Below are positions 22,574-35,154 of a stretch of DNA of 64,000 nucleotides, one piece after another. A program made the position numbers and the translations under genes. Source of the DNA: Octopus sinensis (taxonomy: Eukaryota); contig NW_021833800.1 of assembly GCF_006345805.1 (NCBI RefSeq), positions 1 to 64,000 of the forward strand. Reading direction: 5' to 3'. Each line of letters starts with the position of its first letter. Position 1 is the first letter of the stretch. The notes under the pieces are model-generated. The model saw only the letters and a list, made by a program, of their open reading frames with translations, had not been told where the DNA came from and did not search any database.

Positions 22574-23026
22574 CTCACACACACACACACTTACACACAC
22601 ACACACACACACATACGCACACACACACATGCACACACACACACGCACACACACACACACGCACACTTACACACACACACATACGTGTATATATGTATTT
22701 ATATACACATAAATAAATATATATATATACATACACACACTTATACACACATATATACGTGTATACACACACACACGAGCACAGACACACACACACGCAT
22801 ACACATATATACATACATACATATATACATACATACATACATACATGCATACATACATACATACATACATACATACATGCATACATACATACATACATAC
22901 ATACATACATACATACATACATGCATACATACATACATACATACATACATACATACATACATACATACATACATGCATACATACATACATACATACATAC
23001 ATACATACATACATACATGCATATAT

Positions 23027-23057
<31 letters not shown>

Positions 23058-23095
23058 CATACATACATACATACATACATGCATACATACATGCA

Positions 23096-23129
<34 letters not shown>

Positions 23130-24030
23130 CATACATACATACATGCATACATACATACATACATACATGCATACATACATAACATACATAATACATACAT
23201 ACATACATACATACATACATACATACATGCATACATACATACATACATACATACATACATACATACATACATACATACATACATGCATACATACATACAT
23301 ACATACATACATACATACATACATACATACATGCATACATACATACATACATACATACATACATACATACATACATACATACATGCATACATACATACAT
23401 ACATACATACATACATACATACATGCATATATATACATACATACATACATACATACACATATACATACATACATACATACATACATGCATACATACATGC
23501 ATACATACATACATACATACATACATACATACATACATACATACATACATACATACATACATGCATACATACATACATACATACATGCATACATACATAC
23601 ATACATACATACATACATACATGCATACATACATACATACATATATACATACATACATACATACATACATACATACATGCATACATACATACATACATAC
23701 ATACATGCATACATACATACATACATACATACATACATACATACATACATACATACATACATACATACATACATACATGCATACATACATGAATACATAC
23801 ATACATACATGCACATATACATACACACATACATGCATATATACATACATACATACATGCATACATACATACATGCATACATACATGAATACATACATAC
23901 ATACATGCATATATACATACATACATACATGCATATATACATACATACATACATGCATACATGCATACATACATACATACATACATACATACATACATAC
24001 ATGCATACATACATACATACACGGATGGAC
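22574..24030. repeat. (CA)n then ~1.2 kb (CATA)n array with TGCA variants
   Basis: Direct inspection. Source of the 300-515 aa MYVC/HTYI pseudo-ORFs. Confidence 0.97.
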
Positions 24031-24335
24031 GGACATATGAACACAACATGCATATATGTTACATATACATTCATTAACATATAAACACACATGAACACAT
24101 GCCATACATATATCCTATACACATATATACATCAAATTTATTCGTAATTACACGAGGGATAAAGTATTTTGTTGAGAAAGTCTTAGACAAGCTGACTCCA
24201 AATATTAGTTGGCCTTGATTCAACCGGATGTAGCGTAGAGAATACGATTGAAAACGAGGCACCGGAAGTGTAATTTGCTGCGCTTGTTTGTTTGGAGGGG
24301 ACAAGATTGGTAAGCACAATAATAATAATAATAAT

Positions 24336-24366
<31 letters not shown>

Positions 24367-24388
24367 ATAATAATAATAATAATAATAA

Positions 24389-24459
<71 letters not shown>

Positions 24460-24476
24460 ATAACAACAACAACAAC

Positions 24477-24509
<33 letters not shown>

Positions 24510-24512
<3 letters not shown>

Positions 24513-24714
24513 TTATTTATTGCCCACAAGGGGCTAAACATACAGGAGACAAACAAGGACGGACATAGGTATTAAGTCGATTACATCGACCCCAGTGCGT
24601 AACTGGTACTTAATTTATCGACCCTGAAAGGATGAAAGGCAAAGTCGACCTCGGCGGAATTTGAACTCAGAACGTAACGGCAGACGAAATACCGCTAAGC
24701 ATTTCGCCCGGCGT
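24510..24714 (-). mobile_element. SINE family B, long tail, head truncated
   Basis: tttattgcccacaaggggctaaac...gcatttcgcccggcgtg. Confidence 0.88.
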
Positions 24715-25225
24715 GTCCAATATAGGTACAAGGTCAGAGATATGCCGGGGAGTTACATTGCTGGTTTAATCAACCCTGTCACCGCCGCCACCATCATCAC
24801 CACCACCACCACCACCATCACGAGCTCTTGACTGGTATATTTATATTATCGACTCCGATTGGTTGAAAAGGAAGAATCACGTGCGGCAAGATTTGCGATT
24901 AAAAGATAAAGGGACATAACTCGATATTAAACGTTTCCTTGCTTGTCGTTTTTTTGGAAGTCTGCTCTTTGCCCTTACCATGAATACTTTATTTGTTGGT
25001 GGGGGGGGGGGAGTTGACAGTCGACTGACCAAACCGAGAGAGAGAGAGTCTTCGGCCTGGTTGTTTTGTTTATATTGATTCGAGAATGAAGAAAAGTAGA
25101 GGCCATCTCGGCCAGATTTGAACCAAGGATGCGAAGAGAATTAGCTAAACTACACCGTCTCAACCAATCAACCAATTTACTAACATAATAATAATGATGA
25201 TGATGATGACGATGATGATGATGAT

Positions 25226-25400
25226 ACCTGCAAGGTCATGTGCTGTTTATCTTGATATGAGATCACCATGTCGCGCACATATGGTTGTGATGCATGTGCC
25301 TGGTGTACCTTTATCAGACGGGTAGTCATGATGGGTATATTGGGCTTCGTATATTTTACCCCAGTGTCACTTTGATGGCATGAACTGCTCTCTCACTCAA
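25226..25400 (+). mobile_element. 3' end of an unclassified retroelement abutting (TAA)n
   Basis: Nearly identical to 28519-28692. Both copies end ...ctgctctctcactcaa followed by (taa)n, with different 5' extents. Confidence 0.7.
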
Positions 25401-25459
25401 TAATAATAATAATGATGATGATGATGATGGTGATGATGATAATGATGATGATGATAATA

Positions 25460-25524
<65 letters not shown>

Positions 25525-25739
25525 AATAATGATGATGATGATGATGATGGTGATGATGATAATGATGAGGATGAAGATGGTGATAATAATAATAATAATA
25601 ATGACGACTACTACTACTACTACTACTACTACTACAGCAGCAGCAGTTACAACAACAACAACAACAACAGCAGCAGCAACAACAACAATAACAACAACAA
25701 CAACAACAACAATAATAATAATAATAATAATAACAATTA

Positions 25740-25860
25740 ACCTTTCTACTATAGGGTACAAGCCCTGAAATCTTGTGGGAGGAGACCCAGTGAATTATAT
25801 CGAACCCAGTACGTAACTGGTACTTATTTCCTCGAACCTAAAAGCATAGAAGGCAGAACT
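25740..25860 (-). mobile_element. SINE family B short-tail remnant
   Basis: ctttctactatagggtacaagccctgaaat...cccagtacgtaactggtacttattt. Confidence 0.6.
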
Positions 25861-25884
25861 GTTACCTTTACATTACATTACACA

Positions 25885-25923
<39 letters not shown>

Positions 25924-27170
25924 CGAGGGACGTTCAATAAGTAATGCCTCTGACCCACTTCCAGGTGTTTGATCTAGTTGAAATTTTGCATGTGCAATTA
26001 CTTATATCTCTATAGATTAGGTGGCAAATTACAGCTCTGAACTAATTATGGTTTCTGTTGAGTGTCGAGCAGTGATCGGTTTTTGTATTTGAAAGGACGC
26101 ACACCATGGGAGACTTTTGATGAAATGAAAGTAACTTATGGTGATGATGTCCCATCATATGACCTTGTAAAACGCTGGCATCGTGAATTCAAACATGGTC
26201 GGAACTCTGTGGAAACAGCTCCCAGATCTGGTCGACCCCCTTCTGCCATTGATGAGGCATCTGTCCGTCAAGTTGAGGGTGCCATTTTGGAATATCGACG
26301 CATAACTTTTCGCCAAATAGCCCATGAGGTCAAGATTAGTACCGGGTCAGTGGAAACTATCATTCATGACCATTTGCATATGCAAAAGGTGTCTGCCAGA
26401 TGGATTCCCAGGTTGCTCACGCCTTTCCAGAAGCAAGAACGCGTCGATTGCTCGAGGATGAATTTGGAGACGTACCAAGAAGATGAGTCAAACTTTTTCA
26501 AAAGACTGATTACACAGGATGAAACCTGGGTCCATCACTATGATCCAGAGACCAAAGCCCAGCCAATGCAGTGGAAGAACCGTGACTCACCTCCTCCAAA
26601 GAAGGCAAGGGTGTAGCCCTCTGCTGGCAAGGTCATGCTCACAGTCTTCTGGGACCAGGACGGAGTAGTGATGACAGATTTCCTGGCAAAGGGTACCACA
26701 ATTACAGGAGCCTATTATGCTTCACTTTTGAGGAAATTAAGAGAAGCTATCAAAATCCAGAGGCGGGGCAAGATCAGCGAAGGCATCCTCCTCCTGCAAG
26801 ACAACGCTCCGGTCCACAACTCGCGTGTCGCCAGATCAGAAGCACAGGCGTGCGGCTATGAACTCCTACCCCACCCCCTACTCTCCTGACCTTGCACCCT
26901 CTGATTTTCACCTCTTCCTAGCCATGAAGTTGTTTTTGAAAGGAAAGCATTTCCCAGATGATGCAGCCTTGATTTCTGAAGTCACGTCGTGGATGGCGGA
27001 CCAAGCTGGGGTCTTCTACAAAAACGGTCTCCAGAGCTGGATCAAACGATTGGAGAAATGCGTAACTCTGGATGGTTTCTATGTAGAAAAAGACCAATAA
27101 CTGTGCCAAGTTCCATTGCTCTACTGGTATGGGAAGTGGGTCAGGGGCATTACTTATTGAACGCCCCTCG
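25924..27170 (+). mobile_element. Complete mariner (Tc1/mariner) DNA transposon, 1247 bp
   Basis: 39-bp TIRs at 25924-25962 and 27132-27170 (37/39 match), TA duplicated at both ends, transposase inside. Confidence 0.95.
26062..27100 (+). pseudogene. Mariner D,D34D transposase
   Basis: WIPRLL, TQDETWVHHYDPE, LQDNAPVH and (P)YSPDLAPSD motifs, with 34 residues between the 2nd and 3rd Asp. Lesions: no start codon, TAG at 26614-26616, 1-nt frameshift near 26875. Confidence 0.92.
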
Positions 27171-27282
27171 TATACATACGTATACATGCCTGCATGTCAT
27201 ATACATATAAACGTTTGTGCGTTTGCGCAATTCCACTGATTTCGCTGATGTATTTCTCCCTCCTACGTCATTCTCAGTGCAC

Positions 27283-27560
27283 AACGACGACGACGATGAC
27301 GACGATGACGATGATGACGATGATGATGATGAGGATGATGATGATGATGATGATGAGGAGGAGGAGGAGGAGGAGGAGGAGGAGGGGGTTGATGATGATG
27401 ATGAGGAAGAGGAGGATGATGAGGATGATGATTATGAGGAGGAGGAGGAGGGGGTTGATGATGAGGATGAGGATGATGATGATGATGAAGAGGAGGAGGA
27501 GGAAGAGGAGGGGGTTGATGATGATGATGATGAGGAGGAGGAGGAAGAGGAAGAGGATAA
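27283..27560. repeat. Compound (GAT)n/(GAG)n trinucleotide array
   Basis: Direct inspection. The gaggaggagggggttgatgat sub-unit recurs three times. Confidence 0.9.
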
Positions 27561-27796
27561 TGTAGGTTATACAATATATCATCTCCACTGTCGGTGAATT
27601 TTTTGCCGTTGTACATCAATATTTTGTGTGTTACTGGCACAGCTACAGAAACAGTTCAAAAAGCTTTGGAACGCGGCATTTCTTTTGATGTGTAAGTGTG
27701 TGTGTGAGCGCGCGTGCGTTTGTATATTTGTGCATGTGTGTGTGTGTGTGTGTGTGAGTCTATATCTATGTAGTGAATAAATATATAGAAATATAT

Positions 27797-28028
27797 ATTT
27801 CTTTATTGCCCACTAGGGGCTAAACACAGAGAGGACAAACAAGGACAGGCAAACGGATCAAGTCGATTACATCGACCCCAGTGCGCAACTGGTACTTAAT
27901 TTATCGACCCCAGGAGGATGAAAGCCAAAGTCGACCTCGGCTGAATTTGAACTCAGAACGGAACGGCAGACGAAATACGGCTACGCATTTCGTCCGGCGT
28001 GCTAACGATTCTGCCAGCTCGCAGCCTT
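27797..28028 (-). mobile_element. SINE family B, long tail, variant subfamily
   Basis: Diagnostic bases (caggaggatgaaagccaaag, gcagccttg, ggatcaagtcg) are shared with the copy at 50236-50476. Confidence 0.88.
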
Positions 28029-28068
<40 letters not shown>

Positions 28069-28097
28069 TAATAATAATAACAATAATAATAATAATA

Positions 28098-28128
<31 letters not shown>

Positions 28129-28692
28129 TGCAAGAAATGCCCTGATGCAGTACCAGGCAGTGGCTCTCATGGCTTCTGACCTTAAATGATTGGAAGTGTT
28201 ATCATGTACATTGTTTTGTCTTGGTATAAAAGATGGGCTACAGCAAATATTCTGCTCAATACCACATATTTGCTTGTCAGTTGTTTGACCTTAACCAGTT
28301 GAGCATGTCCCTTAGTGGCTGACGATATGTGCATCTCTGATCACGAGCAGAAGTAGTGGGGGAGCATCATAGCCATGTGTTGAGAGGGATTCTTGGGGTT
28401 TGAATAGTTCACCTCTGGAAACATGGGTGGTTCTTTCAACATCCTTAAACAACCCTTATTCAGGGACCGTTTGAGCGGGATGGGCTACTCAACCTGAAGA
28501 AAATTCTAACTGGGCCCCACCTGCAGGTCATGTGCTGTTTATCTTGATATGAGATCACCATGTCGCGCACATATGGTTGTGATGCATGTGCCTGGTGTAC
28601 CTTTATCAGACGGGTAGTCATGATGGGTATATTGGGCTTCGTATATTTTACCCCAGTGTCACTTTGATGGCATGAACTGCTCTCTCACTCAA
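28129..28692 (+). mobile_element. Longer 3' fragment of the (TAA)n-associated retroelement
   Basis: Flanked by (TAA)n on both sides. The last ~175 nt are essentially identical to 25226-25400. No ORF. Confidence 0.7.
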
Positions 28693-28694
28693 TG

Positions 28695-28746
<52 letters not shown>

Positions 28747-28747
<1 letters not shown>

Positions 28748-29025
28748 TAACATCCATCCTCTTGGAGAAAACATACAGATTTATGGAACAGAGCGACATT
28801 ATCCCCACTGAACCAAAAGGGTGCCGGCGAGGCTCATATGGATGCAAAGACCAACTCTTAATCAATCGCATGATCTTTGATAACTGTCATAAACGCAGAA
28901 ATCTCAGTTCCGCATGAATTGATTATAAAAAGGCCTTTGACAACATACCGCATTCATGGATCTTGAAATCGTTGGATGTTTTCAAAATTTCTCCTGTGGT
29001 TTCAAACTTCCTGAAGCACAGCATG
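28747..29025 (+). pseudogene. R4/Dong-like RT fragment
   Basis: EPKGCRRGSYGCKDQLLINRMI...A*IDYKKAFDNIPHSWILKSL. About 97% identical by eye to the reverse complement of 49855-50133. Confidence 0.85.
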
Positions 29026-29147
29026 ACCCCGAAAGGATGAAAGGCGAAGTCAACCTCGGCGGAATTTGAACTCAGAACGTAACGGCAGACGAAATACGGC
29101 TACGCATTTCGCCCGGCGTGCTAACGTTTCTACCAGCTCGCCACCTT
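29026..29147 (-). mobile_element. SINE family B head/core fragment
   Basis: accccgaaaggatgaaaggc...ccagctcgccacc. Confidence 0.8.
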
Positions 29148-29194
29148 CTATATATAGATATATAGCCACACACACGTACATCTTCTTGTTTCAT

Positions 29195-29553
29195 CTTCTA
29201 CTTGTTTCGGTCGCTGGACTGCGGCCATGCTTGAGCAATGCCTTCAAAGGTTTTAGTCGAACAAATCGACTGTAGCACTTATATTTTTTTTAAGTGTTGC
29301 ACTTATTCTATCGGCCTCTGTTTTGACGAATTGCTAGTCTATGGGGACGTAAACACACCAACACCGGTCGTAAAGCGGTGGTGGGGGACAAGCATAGACA
29401 CAATGACATACACACACATATATAGATACACGCACACACACACAAACACATACATACGACGGGCTTCTTTCAGTTTCCCTCTACCAAATCCACTCACAAG
29501 GCCTTGGTCGACCCTAGGCTTTAGTAGAAGACACTTGCCCAAGGTGCCACGCA
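29195..29553 (-). mobile_element. SINE family A, head truncated
   Basis: Tail, core, internal microsatellite and acacttgcccaaggtgccacgc body. Confidence 0.8.
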
Positions 29554-29939
29554 CGTCGTGGAGGAGAAAACCTCTTACCATATACCCATGCCTGCATCAA
29601 GTAAACGTCTTACCACGCATATAAGACTTTCAAAACTTTCTGTCTAAGTGTTGCAAACGTTTCGCATCTGTTCGATCTAATTGCATCATCATGGCGTGTA
29701 TCGACAGAGCAGCTCTTTCTGACCTATTCTCACTCAGCCCTTCTGTGCTCCAATCTTTCCTTCGAAAATCCCGTCTCTCTCTTGGATCTCTTCTCCGTTC
29801 ATGTCGTTCTTACAGGTTTTCGCTCGCAACAGTTTAAACGAAACATTAGCAGCATCAAATTCGCAGTGTTTGCATAGTCAAAAGCACAAAAATGCAAAGA
29901 AGACTTTCCACTACGGTGTTAGCCTAATTTATGACTATA

Positions 29940-30153
29940 TATATAAATGTGACATCGTGTGTACCGTTGGCGATTTTTTCCCCTCTGTCTTCCCTTTTCT
30001 GGATCTTTCCTTCTCCTATGTTTCCGACGAAGAGCTTCGCTCGAAACGTTAAACCCTCCTTCTTTCCTTCTTTCCTGAGCGTCCAATAATACTATATTTG
30101 TTCCACGTCCTCGCGTTGTTGTGTTTTTTTGTGCTTTCTTGTTTGGATTAACT
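29940..30153 (+). mobile_element. Penelope-like terminal repeat with hammerhead-like motif, ending at (TA)n
   Basis: gttt-CCGACGA-a-gagc(ttc)gctc-GAAA-CG-T-T-aaac at 30020-30054, followed by a pyrimidine-rich 3' segment that runs into a TA array. Confidence 0.55.
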
Positions 30154-30171
30154 TTATATATATATATATAT

Positions 30172-30226
<55 letters not shown>

Positions 30227-30758
30227 ATATTTATTTATTTATTTATATATCATCTGATCTATGCTATTGATTGGTGAAGGAATCCGAGGACAGTTTCTTT
30301 CTGAGAAGCGGTAAACAGACTGTTAAACGAGACTTTCCCCTTTTTCCCATATCAATAGCATAGCAGACAATGACAATGTATCTACTTTCTTATTTAACCC
30401 AAAGTGAGGCTTTGTAATGTTTAAATTAGTACCTCTTTTTTCTTTTGATTTACGCTGTTTTTGGAACAATAGATATTGTTGACCCCCCACACACACACAA
30501 ATACGCGCGTACACACGAAATATCTTATGTGCGTTTAAGTTTCTGTACCTACATATACATGCAAATGAACCCTCCTGTTCCCCAGAAATACAATGTAAAA
30601 ATATAATCTGATACGTGCGTATTCTACATACTTGTAAATCCCAACGAGGTGTGTGTGTGTGTGTGTGTCTGTCCGCGTACATCAGTGTGTGCGTGTGCGT
30701 CAGCGTGTGTGTGCGTGTGTGTCTGTAGAAAGAGGGAGAGACAGAGATCTGCATAGAT

Positions 30759-31268
30759 ATGTTTCTTTATTAGCCACACAGGGCTGCACACAGACAGAAC
30801 AAATTACAAGGTAGAGCTTTTCTTTTGGGGGTAAAAAAAGGGGGTTGGTTTTCGATCAAAAGGGATCGTAAAAGGAAAGAAAGAGGACAAAAAAGGGGAG
30901 GATTTAAAAAAAAAGGTGGGGGAGAGGGAAAAAAAAGAAAAGGGGAGAGGAAAAAAAAGTTGATCAATAGGGATCGTAATCACAGTAATGTCAATATGAA
31001 GTGTAAAGGGGAGGACAGGTGAGGTTTACCCGTGGAAGGAAAGCCTACGGAAAAGACCACGGTAACCTCGGTCAATGAAGTCACATGTTATACTTCTTTT
31101 TTTTTTTGCAAATAAGCAACTCTCTGTATTAATTTTTACGGTTCATAGAATCATAGTCAAAGTGGCTTCGTCATTCATACGTGCCATCCTTGCTACATTC
31201 ACCCATCTTTTTTTAAAACATTCACTAGACAAAACTTGCCTCTCTACTCTCACTTTCCTCTTCAAGTG
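30759..31268 (-). mobile_element. 5'-truncated Tx1-clade LINE (end of ORF2 plus 3'UTR), sister subfamily
   Basis: Collinear with 31301-31810. 11-bp TSD tctgcatagat at 30748-30758 and 31278-31288. Confidence 0.9.
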
Positions 31269-31685
31269 ATACTATCTTCTGCATAGATAGATAGATAGAT
31301 ATGTTTCTTTATTAGCCACACAGGGCTGCACACAGATAGAACAAATTACAAGGTAGAGCTTTTCTTTTGAAGGTTTAAAAAAAAAAAAAAAAAAAAAGGA
31401 AGGGGGAGTTTCGATCAAAAGGGATCGTAAAAGGAGAGAAAGAGGACAAAAAAGGGGGGTTAAAAAAAAGGGGGGAGAGGAAAAGAAAAAAATTGATCAA
31501 TAGGGATCGTTATCACAGAATGTCAATATGAAGTGTAAAGGGGAGGACAGGTGAGGTTTACCCGTGGAAAGAAAAGCCTACGGAAAAGACCACGGTAACC
31601 TCGGTCAATGAAGTCACATTTTATATTCTTTTTTTTTCTTTTTTTTTTTTGCAAATAAGCAACTCTCTGTTTTCGATTTCTGGGT

Positions 31686-34600
31686 TCATAGGACTATGCT
31701 CAAGGTGGCTTCGTCATTCATACGTGCCATTTTGCTACATTCACCCATCTTTTTTTAAAACATTCGCTAGACAAAACTTGCCTCTCTACTCTCACTTTCC
31801 TTTTCAAGTGGTACTTGAAGAAGTTGATGAGAGATTGACCAGAGAGGAAATGTTTGTCTCTAATCCTTTCAGGCGCGTCCACCAGATACATTCTTTCGCC
31901 ATAGCCACAAGGATGATGAAAATAGCTCTTCCTTCCCGTTTGAAGGAAGGAGGCGTGACAATATTGACGATAGACTCAGCTGATAAACCGACTCGTCCCA
32001 CACGTGACAGCAGTTGTTCGACATAAGCCCACAGGTCGGAAATTGTTGGACACTGAACGAGTGCGTGCAGAACGGTTTCGTCGCTCTGACCGCATCTCGG
32101 GCAGGTCGGCCCCGTGTTTCTCGAGCCGTGTCTGTAGAGCTTATCCCGAACGGGTAGCGCTTCTCGGTAGCACTGCCAGGCCAGGGATCTCTGGAAGTTG
32201 TCCATGGGCCCTGGCCCGAAAGTCGTCCTGAACAGGCGGGTCAGGTACTCCTCGTCGACGTCCAGGTTCGCCCCGAGCTCGTCGTCGTACCTCCCCTCCA
32301 CTAAACCCCTATAGAATGCTTTGGTGGTGTGTTGAAGTCACTTAAGGTCGACCCAGGACGGCAGAGTTGCTTGAGAGCAACGCGACACTCGCGGTGCCAT
32401 TCGCCCTTCCTCGGCCTCTTTTTGATCCACGACTGCAGTTCGGTCATGGAGACGAGCTGCGGGAAAGCGTGCCTCACAAACAGCGACCACACCTGTTCAC
32501 CGTCGTCTACATAGAGCCAGAGATGTCGCAGTCTCAGCGCGTGTTGCGCATCATCAACCACGGCATGCCCAGCCCTCCTTTTAACGGGTGTTGACAGCAA
32601 ATGGATCGCCTGACCATCGGACGCATCCTTTCCACAAGAAGCGAAAGAGGATGCGTTGTAGTTTGGTGATGGTAGGGTCGGGACAAGGTACGACGGTCAG
32701 GCGGTAGTAGTAGATGACGGACGCGATGTACGTTTTCGCCACCTCCGCTCGACCTTTTAGGGACAGTTTCCTCTCGGCCCATTGCCGGGCGAGAGTAACC
32801 ACCCTACTCGTTATCTCGTTCCAGTTCTTCTCCACTTGGAGGTCCGGACCAAACCAGACCCCGAGCAACTCAACCGGGCCGTCGGTCCAGCGTCCCACGA
32901 CGGAGGCGCTGGTGGACGGCATGGGCTTGCTTCTCCAGGTGCCTAGTCGCAAGCCCACTGACTTTTCCCGGTTGATTTTCGCTCCTGTCACCGCTTCGTA
33001 GTTTTTCAGTGTCTCGCCGACCAGCTCGATGTGCTCGTGGTTAGACACTATGACGGTGACGTCGTCCGCGTATGCAGACACGCTCGTCCCGCATCCCAAT
33101 TCTCGCGGGATGCCCCTTAGAGTCGCCAGCTTCCGCAGTAGTGGCTCAAGAGTCAATACGTATAGAAGCGCCGAGAGGGGGCATCCCTGACGGACCGAAC
33201 GTGCAATGTCGAAAGGTCTCGATAGATGTCCATTTACGCGAATTACCGAACGGATGCCTCTGTACAAGGCAGCTATCCAGCCGCGGAAGACGGGACCGAA
33301 ACCAGCCGCTCTCAGGACTGCCTCCAAGTATCGATGGTCTACCCTATCAAAGGCTTTCGATTGATCCAAGTTGATCAGGGCCCCACCCATGCCAGGTTCG
33401 TTAACTACCCTGTCTATGATGTAGCGCATCAGATGGAGGTTGTCATGGATGGTCCGGCCTGGCACGGCGCATGTTTGCGCCTTGTCGACCAGTTTCTCGA
33501 TGACAAGCGCCAACCTCTTGGCTAGCACCTTGGCCAAAATTTTCAAGTCTGCATTAAGCAGAGTGATTGGCCTAAAGTTATCTATAATGTTTCCCTTGTT
33601 GAGATCTTTCTTCAGCAGTGTTACAGCTCCTCGGCTCAAAAAACCGGGTATGCTCCCGTTTTGCTGCCAGTTGCAGTATACCGCCGCCAAGACGTCTCCA
33701 AACAAGTCTGGCATACAATAGTAAAATTCGTAGGGTAGGGTAGACCATCCAAACCCGGTGATTTGTCCCTCGAGCATTCTGCCATCGCTTCCCGCACTTC
33801 CGCCGCCGTGATGGCACCTTCGCAGCACCCTGCCTTTCTTGTCGAGAGTCGTGGTAGGCTATGTAGGTAGGCACTGAAGTCCACCCTACGTTCTTGCCCT
33901 CCACTCGTTCCGAACAGTCGGGCAAAATGCTGCTGAAAGGCCTCACACATTTTACTTGGCTCGAGCAATTCGCGCCCCTGTTCATCTACCAGTGACCGAA
34001 TGGTGACGTTGTTGCCCTGTTGCGCCTCTTCCACCCGGGCCTCTCTCGCGGCTCCAACACCTTCGTTCCTTAGAGCACGCATCCTAGCTCTGACAGCACA
34101 TCCTTCGTGTTTGGCGTTGAAGTGTTGGTCGAGGGCCAACCTCGCCGCCAAAACGTCGGATGCGATGCCGCTTCTAATTGCCTCTTCTAGCTTCTTAACT
34201 AGCTCACCTCTACTCTATTTCTATCTATGGCTAGTGCTTTGCTGTACCCAATTGCTTCTGCTTTTACTGCTCTCTTGAGGGCAAATACCATTTGTTGTTG
34301 ATGATGGCTCCCGTCAAAGCCCTCTTTACTAATGTGCTAATCCGGTCTCTGAAAACTTGTCTCGATGGAAAGACGCGTTTAGTTTCCAGTATCCGGGACC
34401 CTGCCTAAGTGTCTTAACTAAGTCTAGCGTACATGTCACAAGTTTGTGATCCGTGTAGCTGACTATGTGGAATTGTGGACATCCTATGCTATCTCTATCT
34501 ACTGTCCTACACAGTATCCTATCTAGATACGATCTCGACGACCGATGCGGTTGCTCCATGTCCACGTTGGCGCATTCGGGTGGTCTAGTCGGAACCTGTC

Positions 34601-35123
34601 AGACAGTTGAAAGCGTCTGAGCAGGTCTCTGAGGCATTTGCATCCCCGTCTATTCCTATCTCTACCCACGTAGTCTACATGCGTGTCCAAGGTAGCATTC
34701 CAATCCCCCACTAAGAGTAAAGGACGAGACGTTCCCAAGAAAACTTCTAGACGTTGAAAGAAATCCGCCGACCTGTTAAGGGCGGTGCGTAAACTGATAC
34801 GAGTCGAAAAGCGCACCCATTGCTGCCGTCGAGATCCAGACGACCAGTCTACCCTCCGGGTCTACGAATATTGTCCTTACTTTGAGATCCAGACTCTTGT
34901 GAAAAAGTACCGCGGTGCCACTACCGCCCATTCTCGGCAGACAGGGGGGAAAATAAATGTTGAACTGTCCGCCAAACATGGTCTTTAGGGCTCGCGGATT
35001 GTGGAGTCTGGTCTCGCTTATGGCTATGATTTCTAACTTATGTGACTTTATGTCATTTAAGAGGTACCCTTGTTTCCAAGGGGGCCCCAAGCCACGTGCA
35101 TTTACACAACCAATCTTGATCAT
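31686..35123 (-). pseudogene. Tx1-type ORF2: APE endonuclease, reverse transcriptase, C-terminal zinc finger (frameshifted)
   Basis: KIGCVNARGL, IAISETRL, LLLVGDWNATLD, SYLDRIL, YTDHKLV, GPGYWKLNAS, KSPGLDG, NFRPITLLNADLKILAKVLAKRL, LDQSKAFDRVDH, VRQGCPLS, AYADD, CPRCGQSDETVLHALVQC. Split over several frames by small indels. Confidence 0.93.
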
Positions 35124-35154
35124 AGTTCTAATGAATTAGAATACAGAGGGTTAC

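Noticed and set aside
22575-24122. 300-515 aa ORFs (MYVC.../HTYI...) on both strands
   Set aside because: These are translations of the (CATA)n array, which has no stop in several frames. The same applies to similar ORFs at 10388-11047, 37322-38127 and 54409-55625.
27217-27597. 126-aa Asp/Glu-rich ORF suggesting an acidic protein exon
   Set aside because: It is entirely a GAT/GAG microsatellite with no unique coding sequence or convincing splice context.
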